The notes beneath the pieces are model-generated. The model was not told where the DNA came from and searched no databases. It saw nothing but the letters and a program-made list of their open reading frames with translations. 64,000 bases of DNA from Spirochaetota bacterium (GTDB lineage Bacteria > Spirochaetota > UBA4802 > UBA5550). Numbering within the stretch: the first letter of the stretch is position 1; each line of letters begins with the position of its first letter. Positions 10,745 to 21,529 of this stretch are shown in pieces. Position numbers and translations under genes: made by a program. The stretch is from positions 2,048,001 through 2,112,000 of the forward strand of contig CAXXHB010000003.1 in assembly GCA_963664815.2 (NCBI GenBank), written 5' to 3'.

Positions 10745-11869
10745 TCAATTCTTTAAATTGATGTTTAATATCCTGTTAAAATAGTCCATATTTGCATAAT
10801 AGATAAAATCGAGAGCCGAAAAGTTCAGCATTATTAATAGATTATTTTTTATTCCAAGAGAAGTATAGCATGTAAAAGTGGATGTTTCGCTGTCAGCATC
10901 CCATAGTGAAAGCGAAAGCGACCTGTTTTTTAAATCTATCTTTACTGTATCGGCAATTACGCATGACTGAAACATTAATGAAGATGTAAATGTATCTATA
11001 TCATTTTTTTCAAATTTCATGTTTTTTAATTCGATTGATTCAATCCCTATCTGCGCATCCCTTGAAGTAAATTTACTCAGTTCGTATGTATCGTAAATAT
11101 CAAGAGCGAGATCCCCCTTTTCAAAATGCCAGTTTTTGTCCAGGGCAAGCGGAATATTATCAAGCTTTACATTCATACCCTCTGTTTCCGTGATTATATA
11201 TTTTTTATCTTCTGTCCTGGTATTATAAAATACAGGCAGCTTGCTGATCCTTGTGAACATATCCGGATCTTCCTTAAGAACAGAGCCGAAACATACCAGT
11301 TTCAGGGATTTGTAACCCTTCTCACCTGAAGAGTCAGTTTCGGCATTACTGCTTGATTCAAGTTTATAAAATGGAATCCACCATCTGTAGCTGTTGATCA
11401 GTTTTCTTTTGTAGGCTGACCATTCCGAGGCAACAGTTATATCTTTCCTGTTATTTATATCCTGTAAATTTTTACTGGTTTCACCGCCCATATATTTCAT
11501 AAGGTTAAGAAGATCGGCCATTATAAGCGATCCCTCTTTTGCATCACCCTGCATTTCATCTGTAAAAAAATCCATTCCGCCTTTATCCAGATAAAAATGC
11601 CCGAGAAAAAGAAAAGACTCACCGTTACTTATATTGCATGCTCGTATTATATACTGTTTATTATCAGCTTTCATGATCCCAATAAGCCTGTTTACCGGTT
11701 TCACGCTGCCGTATATCCCTGTTCTCATATCGTGGTAGTATACATACTGTCCCGGCCTCTCTCCGGGGAACGGATCAGCTTTAACCATTGTACTCTTTTC
11801 TGCAAAGACAGCAACCTGAATAAAAATTACAGAAAATGCGATAAACAGACATTTCAATTTATTTAACAT
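10745..11869 (-). CDS. hypothetical exported protein
   Basis: 374-aa ORF with signal peptide ending AVFA. Confidence 0.65.
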   Translation of the reverse strand: MLNKLKCLFIAFSVIFIQVAVFAEKSTMVKADPFPGERPGQYVYYHDMRTGIYGSVKPVNRLIGIMKADNKQYIIRACNISNGESFLFLGHFYLDKGGMDFFTDEMQGDAKEGSLIMADLLNLMKYMGGETSKNLQDINNRKDITVASEWSAYKRKLINSYRWWIPFYKLESSSNAETDSSGEKGYKSLKLVCFGSVLKEDPDMFTRISKLPVFYNTRTEDKKYIITETEGMNVKLDNIPLALDKNWHFEKGDLALDIYDTYELSKFTSRDAQIGIESIELKNMKFEKNDIDTFTSSLMFQSCVIADTVKIDLKNRSLSLSLWDADSETSTFTCYTSLGIKNNLLIMLNFSALDFIYYANMDYFNRILNINLKN

Positions 11870-12197
11870 GTGATCTCTTCTCCTTTTTATATATTAACCT
11901 GATTCATAATTCATGATTTCCGGCCGGATCATAATTTTTAATTTTAAAGTATTAAAACTGATTTATTATATTATCTTTATATATAATGTCTTTAAGTTCA
12001 CATTAAATTTTAATTTTATAAATAATATTATTACAGATTTCATCAATCATAAAATTCAGTTTTTTAACTCTTTTATTCACATGAATTATCATCCGGCAAT
12101 ATCATGACAATTATTGATTATTTAATTTTTTTTTGCACCTTAAAATCAAATCCGCTGTTTAAATAAATAAAATTAAATCCTATACGGAGCTGACGTA

Positions 12198-12839
12198 ATG
12201 AACATTTTAAAACAGGAAAAAGTATCAGCTTATTCACATGGCGCCTTGATACCAATAATGCTTGCTGGTGCAATACTTCTTGCTATCCTCGCAGGTAACA
12301 ACATGAAACTTGAGTTTTTTATAATTGTTTACGGAATTTCATCAGTGACTCTTTTCACTGCCAGCTTTCTCTACCATGCCAAAAAGAAAACTGTGGATGA
12401 AAGGTCGGTATGGCGCAAACTGGATCGTTCCGCTATTTTTGTTTTAATAGCCGGCACTGCAACACCGATGTGTTTTATCTATCTTGACGGTGCCATGAGA
12501 ATATGGGTTCTCGCTGCACAATGGTTTCTTGTTGTATCAGGAATTGCATTCTGCTTTTTTACAAATGCACACCGTAAAATAAGTACAGTTTTATATCTGA
12601 CAATGGGATGGCTTGTTGTATTCCCTTTTAAACTCAAGCTTGCCGCAATCCCTTCAAGTGTTCTTGAACTGTTCTTCGCAGGGGTAGTATTCTACACCGC
12701 AGGAGCAATAGTTTATGCTGTCAAAAAACCGAATCTCCAGAATCTCGGGTTTCATGAAGTATTTCACATGTTTGTTAATGCCGGCGCCATTTGTCATCTT
12801 TTTATGATCATAAACGGAGTGAATATTTATCTGGGTTGA
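12198..12839 (+). CDS. hemolysin III / PAQR family membrane protein
   Basis: SAYSH, SFLYH, RKLDRSAIFVLIAGT, GFHEVFHMFV motifs. Confidence 0.92.
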   Translation: MNILKQEKVSAYSHGALIPIMLAGAILLAILAGNNMKLEFFIIVYGISSVTLFTASFLYHAKKKTVDERSVWRKLDRSAIFVLIAGTATPMCFIYLDGAMRIWVLAAQWFLVVSGIAFCFFTNAHRKISTVLYLTMGWLVVFPFKLKLAAIPSSVLELFFAGVVFYTAGAIVYAVKKPNLQNLGFHEVFHMFVNAGAICHLFMIINGVNIYLG

Positions 12840-12908
12840 AAGAAGTAAACAATACTGATTCAATATATATTTGATGTTAATGCCTTAATATATATTTTAG
12901 TGTAAAAT

Positions 12909-12961
12909 AAAATGCTATATTATATACGCCGCCTCCGGCGGCGTATATAATATAGCATTTT
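12909..12961. terminator. perfect 25-bp inverted repeat, possible bidirectional terminator
   Basis: aaaatgctatattatatacgccgcc-tcc-ggcggcgtatataatatagcatttt between convergent genes. Confidence 0.6.
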
Positions 12962-13019
12962 CTATTATTATTATTATTATTAAAATTTCAGGAATTATTA
13001 TTGATATATATTTATATCT

Positions 13020-13886
13020 CTAAAGATATATTGAGTTTTTCTCAATTGCTGCATATAACTTCATCGGAGGCACAACGAATTTTTGTGCATTATCAATTAT
13101 TATTTCAAGCTCCTCATCAGTATGTACCGGGTCATGATGAAAAGCAAAAAGATTTTTAACATTGTACCTGTTGCCGATTTCAACAGCCTTGTTGATTGTT
13201 GTATGGCCCCAGCCGATCTTGTTTTTATACTCTTCTTCAGTATATTGACAGTCTGCTATAAGCACATCAGCATTTTTTATAAGATTACCGATATTTCTTT
13301 CATTTATCATTTCAATTTCCGGGTCATCTGAAATTTCATTATCTGTTGCATACACAACGACTTTACCTTTGTATTCAATGCGGAAACCGAGGGAAAGCGA
13401 GGGATGAATCAGGTGAGTATAATAAATTTTCACATCATTAATGTAAAACGGATTATCTGCAAGAGTATTGAATACCACAGTTGAAGCGAGTTCAAGAACT
13501 GATACCGGGAAGTATTCCTTTTCCATCTGGCCGTATATAAGTTTTTCCAGCGCTGACACACTGTTACCACCATAAAATGACAACCTGTTACCCGGAAGAT
13601 ATGCCATATGAAAAAATGGAAATCCCTGAATATGGTCCCAGTGTGTATGGCTTATAAGTATATGGTATTCACGCGGAGTTGCGCCAAACTCATGAAGAAG
13701 AGATGCACCCAGTTCCCTGATACCTGTACCGGCATCCAGTATAATAATCGTATCACCGCATCTAATCTCAACACAGGGGGTATTCCCGCCATATTTTAAA
13801 AAGTATCTCCCGGGCGTAGGTATTGAGCCCCTTGTACCCCAGAACTTTACTTTTATATTATAATTATCTTTATTTATATCAGACAT
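13020..13886 (-). CDS. MBL-fold metallo-hydrolase
   Basis: WGTRGSIP, GGNTPC, SHTHWDHIQG, GWGH, FHHDP. Confidence 0.92.
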   Translation of the reverse strand: MSDINKDNYNIKVKFWGTRGSIPTPGRYFLKYGGNTPCVEIRCGDTIIILDAGTGIRELGASLLHEFGATPREYHILISHTHWDHIQGFPFFHMAYLPGNRLSFYGGNSVSALEKLIYGQMEKEYFPVSVLELASTVVFNTLADNPFYINDVKIYYTHLIHPSLSLGFRIEYKGKVVVYATDNEISDDPEIEMINERNIGNLIKNADVLIADCQYTEEEYKNKIGWGHTTINKAVEIGNRYNVKNLFAFHHDPVHTDEELEIIIDNAQKFVVPPMKLYAAIEKNSIYL

Positions 13887-14011
13887 AAATATATACCAGA
13901 ATATTTATAACTCATATATCATATAATTATTGTTTGTCAACAATATATCATTATCCCTTTACAGTATTTATTATACTGTCAGGCACTCACTTTGATAATT
14001 TTTACCGGATA

Positions 14012-14833
14012 TCATTTTTTAAAGTTCCATTCATCTGATAAGAATTTTCTGGAACATGATTCCATAATTATAGATTCAGTTTCAGACAGATTATCCATAC
14101 TGAAATCGATATTAAATGCTCCTGAAAAATCGTTTATCAGGCTTACAGTAAGATTATCAATAAACTTCTCGGTTATCTCCTCCCCGGTTTCCTTTTTTAT
14201 GGATGTTACAGTATCACAGGCTGAAGTGAATCCCCTGTCGTTTATTTTTTTTTCATCATGGATTAATGCGGAGGTTATCACATCGCTGTCAATGTCCATA
14301 ATAAGCGTTCCATGCTGCTGAAGTATCCCCCTTTTTCTCGCCTGTGCACTCCCTGAAATTTTTCTTTTATCAATGACAATATCGTTTACCGGCCTGTATT
14401 CAGCTTTAATTGAAAGCAGTCGCAGTGATTTTATTATGGGTGAAATTATAGCTCTGAACGAATCGTCTACAGATTCCGGAACAATACCCGATTTTACAGG
14501 CACGGTAAAACTGTATGTAAGTTCCATATGATGCATTACCGTACCGCCGCCTGTCTCCCTCCTGGTCACTGTAATTCCGTTCTTTTTACAGTAACACATG
14601 TTCACGCACTCAAGAATTTTCTGAAAATACCCGAGAGTGACAGATGCACGTTCCCAGCGGTATAAGCGTAGAGTCGGTAAAGAACCTGACATTGACAGTC
14701 CCTGCAGTATCGCATGATCCTTGGCCATGTTAACAGCGCTGTTAAGCGGTGGATCTATTATAAGTCTGAATCTGTTCATTTTTTCATATACCTTTAACAG
14801 GATGATTTTAATTATGCCACACACAGGCAGCAT
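14012..14833 (-). CDS. lipoate-protein ligase / octanoyltransferase family
   Basis: NMAKD, LRLYRW, RRETGGGTVMH, KISGSAQ, QHGT; start probably near 14779. Confidence 0.92.
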   Translation of the reverse strand: MLPVCGIIKIILLKVYEKMNRFRLIIDPPLNSAVNMAKDHAILQGLSMSGSLPTLRLYRWERASVTLGYFQKILECVNMCYCKKNGITVTRRETGGGTVMHHMELTYSFTVPVKSGIVPESVDDSFRAIISPIIKSLRLLSIKAEYRPVNDIVIDKRKISGSAQARKRGILQQHGTLIMDIDSDVITSALIHDEKKINDRGFTSACDTVTSIKKETGEEITEKFIDNLTVSLINDFSGAFNIDFSMDNLSETESIIMESCSRKFLSDEWNFKK

Positions 14834-15659
14834 GATATGAGCTTCTTACATTGGGTGCGCTTAAAACTTTTTCAAATCCCATACTTATACCCGTCTTTTC
14901 AATCTCATCGAATTCATCCGGGTGATAATACTTTTCCACTGAATAGCTGTTTCTGCCGGGACTAAGATATTGTCCCACTGTGAGAATTCTGCAACCTGAT
15001 TCTATAAGATCAGACATAGTAGAAGATATGTCATCAATGGTTTCTCCGAATCCGATCATAAGACCAGATTTAACCCTGAACCCGCAATCAGAAGCTGTTT
15101 TTATAAGGTTAAGCGATCTCCTGTAATCCCCTGAGGGCCTCAACAGCGGGAAGAAACATTCAACAGTCTCAATATTATGGTTGAGTATATCCGGCTCCGA
15201 TTCCCTTATAATATTTAACGAGCTCAGGCATGAATCTCTGAAATCCGGAACAAGCAGTTCAACACCGCAGCCGGGAACCCTTTCTTTTATTCTGTATGAC
15301 GTTTCAGCAAAATATGAAGCGCCTCCGTCAGATAGATCATCACGCGTAACAGAGGTTATAACAACGTATTTCAGACCGAGACGTGCAACGGCTTCACCGA
15401 TTCTTTGCGGCTCCATACTGTCCGGATAATCCGGTTTGCCGCTGTCCACCGCACAATACAGACAATGACGTGTACATTTATTGCCCAGTATCAGGAAAGT
15501 TGCTGTATTCTCTGAAAAACACTGCCCTGCATTTGGACACTTTGCCTCCGAACATATAGTATTCAGCTTCAGCTCACTTAAACATCTTTTAACATTCAGA
15601 TAACCGGGACCGCCCGGAGTTTTATACCTTATCCACCCGGGGATTCTTTTATCTGCCAT
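14808..15659 (-). CDS. lipA: lipoyl synthase
   Basis: CSEAKCPNAGQC plus radical-SAM CTRHCLYC; RSSY C-terminal motif. Confidence 0.97.
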   Translation of the reverse strand: MADKRIPGWIRYKTPGGPGYLNVKRCLSELKLNTICSEAKCPNAGQCFSENTATFLILGNKCTRHCLYCAVDSGKPDYPDSMEPQRIGEAVARLGLKYVVITSVTRDDLSDGGASYFAETSYRIKERVPGCGVELLVPDFRDSCLSSLNIIRESEPDILNHNIETVECFFPLLRPSGDYRRSLNLIKTASDCGFRVKSGLMIGFGETIDDISSTMSDLIESGCRILTVGQYLSPGRNSYSVEKYYHPDEFDEIEKTGISMGFEKVLSAPNVRSSYHAACVWHN

Positions 15660-17091
15660 TATCCCATACCAGAACAGGTTTTTTAGCAGCCATTACCGTA
15701 TCAACTCTTTTTACAGAAGTATTATGAGGAGCCCCAAGCACAAGACCGGGATTTTCATCACACTCTTTCCTTATTTTTTTCATAGCGTCGATAAACCGGT
15801 TCAGCGACCGGAGTGTTTCTGTCTCTGTCGGTTCAATCATCATTGCACCATGTATCAGCAGAGGGAAGTAAACTGTCGGTGAATGAAATCCGTAATCAGC
15901 AATTCTTTTCCCTATATCATTGGTAGTAATACCCCCCGGAAGGTCCCGGTCGCTGACTACAAATTCATGCATACAACTTCTGTTAACCGGAATATGGTAA
16001 AATCCACGCAACTTCGACATAAGGTAGTTGGCATTAAGTACTGCTGTATCCGATACTTCACGAATACCATCATAACCGAGCATATTTATATAAACCCATG
16101 CCCTGAGACAGACTCCGAAATTCCCATGGAAAGCGTGAATCTTCCCTATTGAATCAGGCAGATCATATGCCATTATATATCCATTCTCTTTTTTCCTGAT
16201 AACTGGCACCGGAAGAAATGATACAAGATGACCGGCGACTCCAAGCGGACCGGAACCCGGACCGCCTCCGCCGTGAGGGGTGGAGAAGGTTTTGTGAAGA
16301 TTTATATGCATCAGGTCAAAACCCATATCATGGAAACGGACTCTCCCCACAGTTGCATTAAGGTTTGCGCCATCACCGTAAAATAATGAACCGTTTTTAT
16401 GCAGTGCATCACCTATTTTTAAAAGATTCCGGTCAAAAAGCCCGAGAGTATTCGGACTTGTAAGCATCATTGCAGCGACATTGCCATCAAGCGACTCCAT
16501 GAATTTTTCCAGATCAATATCGCCTTCGGCTGTAGATGGTATTTCACGGACTTTAAATCCGCACATGGCTACAGAGGCAGGATTGGTTCCGTGGGCGGAA
16601 TCCGGTATTAATATTGTATCTCTCTTTTCACCCTTACTTTCAAAATATTTTCTGATTATCATGACTCCTGTAAGTTCACCATGCGAACCGGCCGCAGGAG
16701 ATAAAGTAAATTCAGAAAAACCTGTTATAGCACATAAATATCCGGAAAGTTCATACATAATCTGAAGAGCTCCCTGTACCAGGTTTTCTTCCGACATGGG
16801 ATGAAGTGACGAGAAGCCTTTACTGCGCGCTATTCTTTCATTTATTTTAGGGTTGTACTTCATTGTGCAGCTTCCCAGAGGATACATCCCGTTATCCACT
16901 CCGAAATTCATTTTTGACAGGTTGTTGTAATGCCGCACAACTTCCGGCTCGCTACAATCGGGAAGGTCTGTATTATCCCGGAGATATTTTTCAGGTATAT
17001 TGCTGTAATCTTCCCCCACCCACGAAGGTAATCTGTAATGATTCTGACCCGGCGTACTCTTTTCAAATATCAGTTCCGTGTTCATCTGCAT
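15649..17091 (-). CDS. gcvPB: glycine dehydrogenase subunit 2
   Basis: YPLGSCTMKYNP, SAHGTNPAS, NLHKTFSTPHGGGGPG. Confidence 0.97.
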   Translation of the reverse strand: MQMNTELIFEKSTPGQNHYRLPSWVGEDYSNIPEKYLRDNTDLPDCSEPEVVRHYNNLSKMNFGVDNGMYPLGSCTMKYNPKINERIARSKGFSSLHPMSEENLVQGALQIMYELSGYLCAITGFSEFTLSPAAGSHGELTGVMIIRKYFESKGEKRDTILIPDSAHGTNPASVAMCGFKVREIPSTAEGDIDLEKFMESLDGNVAAMMLTSPNTLGLFDRNLLKIGDALHKNGSLFYGDGANLNATVGRVRFHDMGFDLMHINLHKTFSTPHGGGGPGSGPLGVAGHLVSFLPVPVIRKKENGYIMAYDLPDSIGKIHAFHGNFGVCLRAWVYINMLGYDGIREVSDTAVLNANYLMSKLRGFYHIPVNRSCMHEFVVSDRDLPGGITTNDIGKRIADYGFHSPTVYFPLLIHGAMMIEPTETETLRSLNRFIDAMKKIRKECDENPGLVLGAPHNTSVKRVDTVMAAKKPVLVWDNGR

Positions 17092-18425
17092 CCCCCGATA
17101 ATCTCCGCATACTCATCAGCATCATCTTTTGAAATCATTTCTGTAGCGCATACAAGAAGACATCCTTCATATTCAGGGTAAAACCGTGAAATTTCAAGAC
17201 CTGGATTAATACCTCTTTTTATAAATTCATTCATTGCCATGCCGCTGTTTTCCGGTTGAATTATGAATTCATTGAAAAACGGTTTGTTGTCATGGAATGT
17301 TTTTATTCCTGATTCAATAAGCCTTCTGTGAAGATAGCATGCTGTTCTGTGATTTACCGAAGCGAGTTCTTTAAGCCTGACACCGATAAGGCTCAGAAAT
17401 ACCGCCGTTCTGAGAGCTATTAGTCCCTCATTTGTGCAGATATTTGATGTTGCTTTCCCGCGTCTGATATGCTGCTCCCTTGTCTGTAGTGTAAGCGTAT
17501 ATACCCTGCTCCCTTCCGAATCCACCGTCTGTCCGACGAGCCTTCCGGGAATTCTGCGAATAAACGCCTTCCCTGCAGATATATATCCGGCATATGGCCC
17601 TCCGAAATTCAGCGGATTCCCGAAGCTCTGAACCTCTCCGCAAACAACATCGGAACCCAGTTCTCCTGGCCCCTTAAGCATACCCAGGCTCATTGCCTCA
17701 ACAACAACCGTAATCATTATTGCACCGGATTCAACAGCTGTTTTGCTGAATGAATTTATATCCTCAATCAATCCGAAGAAGTTGGGCGACTGAATTATCA
17801 CTGCCGATGTATCTGAACCGGCAGCATTACAGCATGCTGAAATGTCAGTAATCCCGTCAGACATAGGCAGTTCCGCAACCCGGAAGCCGCATGCACGGGC
17901 GTATGTATCAAGGACATCCCTGTAATATGGATGTATCCCCCTGCTGACCAGGACTGTTTTCCTGTTATTTGTACGAACAGCCATCATCGCCGCCTCCGCC
18001 ATGGAAGTAGCGCCATCGTACATGCTGGCGTTTGTCAGATCCATCCCTGTCAGACGGCTCATCATTGTCTGAAATTCGAAAATGGCCCCGAGCGTCCCCT
18101 GGCTCACCTCCGGCTGATATGGCGTATAAGCGGTGTAGAACTCGGATCTTGATGAAATTTCATCAACAACAGGGGGAACATAATGATTATAGGCCCCCGC
18201 TCCGGTAAATGTTTTTGAAAACCGGATATTTTTATTTTCAATGAAAGAGGCGATTCTTTCTATACTGATTTCAGATGCCGGGAGAGGAAGGCCGTCAATA
18301 TTAGCAATCTGTATGCCGGCCGGAATGTCGCTGAACAGATCATCAACTGATAAAACCCCTATATCAGCAAGCATTCTGTTGATGTCAGCTTTTGATAACC
18401 CGGTAAAACTCATCTCATTCACCAT
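17082..18425 (-). CDS. gcvPA: glycine dehydrogenase subunit 1
   Basis: YTAYTPYQPEVSQG, NASMYDG, REQHIRRGKATSNICTN. Confidence 0.97.
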   Translation of the reverse strand: MVNEMSFTGLSKADINRMLADIGVLSVDDLFSDIPAGIQIANIDGLPLPASEISIERIASFIENKNIRFSKTFTGAGAYNHYVPPVVDEISSRSEFYTAYTPYQPEVSQGTLGAIFEFQTMMSRLTGMDLTNASMYDGATSMAEAAMMAVRTNNRKTVLVSRGIHPYYRDVLDTYARACGFRVAELPMSDGITDISACCNAAGSDTSAVIIQSPNFFGLIEDINSFSKTAVESGAIMITVVVEAMSLGMLKGPGELGSDVVCGEVQSFGNPLNFGGPYAGYISAGKAFIRRIPGRLVGQTVDSEGSRVYTLTLQTREQHIRRGKATSNICTNEGLIALRTAVFLSLIGVRLKELASVNHRTACYLHRRLIESGIKTFHDNKPFFNEFIIQPENSGMAMNEFIKRGINPGLEISRFYPEYEGCLLVCATEMISKDDADEYAEIIGGCR

Positions 18426-18828
18426 CTTTAATAAGTTTAAGATAATCCGCCGGTTTTAAGAGTTTATCAATCCCCTTTTTGTCAGTAAGCTCAAGTCTGA
18501 ACAGCCATCCGTCACCATATGGATCTTTATTGATAATTTCGGGTGTATCTTCCACATCACGGTTTACTGTAACCACTTTACCCTTTAATGGAGAATATAC
18601 GTCAGATGCGGCTTTTGGAGACTCGATAATTACCACAGGTTCACCCTGTTCCACAACCGATTGTACAATATTAGCAATAAATTCAACAAAAACAATATCT
18701 CCAAGCGCATTCTGCGCGTGATCCGTTATACCGCATACACCATGCATTTCATCAATAATTCTGATCCATTCATGTTCCTCAGTGTATAATAAATCTTCAG
18801 GTACCTTCATCCCCTTTTCTTTTGTCAT
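18415..18828 (-). CDS. gcvH: glycine cleavage system H protein
   Basis: YTEEHEW, GITDHAQNALGDIVF, ESPKAASD lipoyl-Lys, DPYGDGW. Confidence 0.97.
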   Translation of the reverse strand: MTKEKGMKVPEDLLYTEEHEWIRIIDEMHGVCGITDHAQNALGDIVFVEFIANIVQSVVEQGEPVVIIESPKAASDVYSPLKGKVVTVNRDVEDTPEIINKDPYGDGWLFRLELTDKKGIDKLLKPADYLKLIKDGE

Positions 18829-18933
18829 TTATATACCTCCGGTTTAAACTGTCATTTTTTCGATTTCATCCGCCGGTCACGGAACATAGTGGAGACGGAC
18901 TTTAAAATATTATACTTTTACTAAAAAATTATT

Positions 18934-20040
18934 TCAAGTATCCATTGAAGCATGGCGGCTATTAAATTTATAAAACGGTTTTTCGACAATTCTGCCGTCT
19001 ACTCTCTTATCACGGATTATAACCTGAACGGTATCACCGACGGAAACGGAACCTCTCAAAGCCCTTAACAGCGCCAGACCTTTCCTGAATGTCGGGGAGT
19101 ATATTCCGCTTGTCAATGTACCTATCTCATTATTTCTGAATAATACTTTGTATCCTTCATGAAGAACACCCTTACCGGTAAGCTCAAGACAGTACTGCCC
19201 GTATTCCGCTCCCGTTTTTTTTAACTCTTCCAGAGCAGGCTTACCAACATAAGGAAGGTCGGAGCTTATCAGCCATGAAAGCCCGGCTTCGAATGGATTT
19301 ATATTCTCATTGATTTCATGCCCGTAGAGCGGGTAACATGATTCCAGCCTCAGGGTATCTCTGGCACCCAGGCCCGCCGGTTTTATACCAATTCCGGCCC
19401 CCTCCAGCATCAACCTTTCCCAGAGTAATTCTGCCTTTGAATTCTCTATGAAGAGCTCATATCCCTGTTCACCGGTGTAGCCTGTATTTGAAATCATGAT
19501 TTCTGAACCATTAAACTCATCGAAGTAAAACCTGAATCGCGGCAGGTTATCGATACCTTCTTTACGGAATATTTTACTCAATACCTGCGAAGATAGCGGC
19601 CCCTGAATATCAATTTTAGAAGTGGAATCCGATATGTTTTTTATTTCTGTTTTTTCAATAAGATGTTCTTTCATCCATGCAAAATCTTTTTCAATGGTTG
19701 AAGCATTCACTACAAGGTAGTAGCTGCTATTTTCTATCTTAAAGATAAACAGATCATCTATCACCCCTCCGTTTTCGAGGCAGAAGAGAGTGTACATACC
19801 CATGCCGGAAACCAGTTTTGACATAGATGTAGGTATCAGGCTGGAAAGATAAAGTGCCGCATTTTCACCCTTTACGGTAAACTCACCCATATGCGAAACA
19901 TCAAAGATTCCCGCTGAATTTCTGACAGCTTCATGTTCATCAAGTATCGACTTGTACTGAACCGGCATTGAGAAGCCGGCGAAATCGACCATACGTCCGC
20001 CATATCTGAGATGCATATTATACAGAGATGTTTTTTTCAT
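18934..20040 (-). CDS. gcvT: aminomethyltransferase
   Basis: FAGFSMPVQY, FDVSHMG, TGYTGEQGYE, GLGARDTLRLE. Confidence 0.97.
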   Translation of the reverse strand: MKKTSLYNMHLRYGGRMVDFAGFSMPVQYKSILDEHEAVRNSAGIFDVSHMGEFTVKGENAALYLSSLIPTSMSKLVSGMGMYTLFCLENGGVIDDLFIFKIENSSYYLVVNASTIEKDFAWMKEHLIEKTEIKNISDSTSKIDIQGPLSSQVLSKIFRKEGIDNLPRFRFYFDEFNGSEIMISNTGYTGEQGYELFIENSKAELLWERLMLEGAGIGIKPAGLGARDTLRLESCYPLYGHEINENINPFEAGLSWLISSDLPYVGKPALEELKKTGAEYGQYCLELTGKGVLHEGYKVLFRNNEIGTLTSGIYSPTFRKGLALLRALRGSVSVGDTVQVIIRDKRVDGRIVEKPFYKFNSRHASMDT

Positions 20041-21437
20041 CTTCTGTTCATCCTCCTCAGGCCGAAATCTGCAGCACGGAGAAGCGGATCATAGACTTCG
20101 CTCACGGAAGGGACATAGGCCATTTCAGTTCTCCACAATTCATCAAGTGTAATGCCGAACTCAATGGCCATGCTTATTAAATTGATCCTCTCTGCCGCAC
20201 CCCTCTCCCCTGCGCACTGGGCCCCCAGTATGATCCCCGAATTTTTATCAAAAATTATTTTTACCGTAATTTCGCAGTTATCTGGATAATATTCCGGCCT
20301 TATCCTGGATGTTATCTTACCTGCAGCCGGTTCAAACCCCTTTGCGGCGGAAAGTGCAGTGTTAAAACCTGTTCCGGCTATTTCAAAACTCCCGATCCTT
20401 GTAACAAATGTTCCGGTACTTCCCCTGTATTTTTCATTTCCACCCATAACATTAATTGCCGCTACGGTTCCCTGCTTGTATGCCGAGGTTGCAAGTTTTG
20501 AAGTTACCGGTTTCCCGTCAATAGATGAGTAATTCATTATACAGTCCCCCGCCGCATATACATCCTTTACCGAGGTCATCAGCATTTCGTCAGTTTTTAT
20601 TCCTGATGATGTTGTTTCAATAGATGAATTAATTGCGAGAGATAATTCAGGCCTGAATCCCGCTGCAATAACTGCCATATCTGCCGGAATCTGAATATCG
20701 CGGCAGATAACCTGCCTGAGATATTCACCGCCATCAAAAGATAAAACAGCCTTCTCTTTTAAAACACTGATTCCCGTTTTTTCAAGATGATTCTCAACGA
20801 GTGCCGCAATATCGGGATCAAGAATGCTCTTGAAAATCTGATTCTCAGTTTCAACAATTGTAGTTTTTTTTCCATGACAATGCAGTGCATATGCAGTTTC
20901 CAGACCTATTGCGCCCCCCCCTATAATGATAATATTACGCGCAGTTTTCATCCTTTCCATTATAAAAGAGAGATCACGCAAGCCGGCAAAGGTAAATACG
21001 GAGAGGTTCATGTACCTGTCAAGATTGGAAAGAGGCGGAATAAAAGGGATACAGCCGGTTGCAATAATCAGCTTATCGTAGTGTTCAGTTTTAATACCTT
21101 CAGAGGTTGATACTGTTATTGTTTTCTCATCATGGTTAATTTTTTCCACTTTACCTCTTATTTTAACCGCCCCCTGTTTCTGAAGATTCAGATCAAGAAC
21201 AAGGTTTTCAGCTTTTACTATACCCTCAAGGGCATAAGGGAGTCCGCAGGGATGAAAAAGGTCATTTTCTTTAGGATCAATAATTCTTACATCAGCCTTC
21301 GGGTTATTTCTCTTGATTGTTATAGCAGCAGCATAACCGGCAGATCCGAAACCACATATTACAATTCTCATAAAAACCCCGAAACTGTTATATTTGATGA
21401 CTGCTGCTATAATAATATAACATGGCGGAATTTTCAA
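20037..21437 (-). CDS. NADH oxidase / CoA-disulfide reductase family flavoprotein
   Basis: GxGxxG, single redox Cys in HPCGLPY, second GGGAIG, AAGDC, C-terminal dimerisation domain; likely start MRIVICG near 21371. Confidence 0.88.
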   Translation of the reverse strand: MKIPPCYIIIAAVIKYNSFGVFMRIVICGFGSAGYAAAITIKRNNPKADVRIIDPKENDLFHPCGLPYALEGIVKAENLVLDLNLQKQGAVKIRGKVEKINHDEKTITVSTSEGIKTEHYDKLIIATGCIPFIPPLSNLDRYMNLSVFTFAGLRDLSFIMERMKTARNIIIIGGGAIGLETAYALHCHGKKTTIVETENQIFKSILDPDIAALVENHLEKTGISVLKEKAVLSFDGGEYLRQVICRDIQIPADMAVIAAGFRPELSLAINSSIETTSSGIKTDEMLMTSVKDVYAAGDCIMNYSSIDGKPVTSKLATSAYKQGTVAAINVMGGNEKYRGSTGTFVTRIGSFEIAGTGFNTALSAAKGFEPAAGKITSRIRPEYYPDNCEITVKIIFDKNSGIILGAQCAGERGAAERINLISMAIEFGITLDELWRTEMAYVPSVSEVYDPLLRAADFGLRRMNRR

Positions 21438-21529
21438 TTGCCGGAAACTTTTTTATTTTGCTGTTTTTAATGTTTTTTAAAAGGATTTTAATCAGAGCAT
21501 AGGTGGGTTTTATTTAAATTTATCATTAT

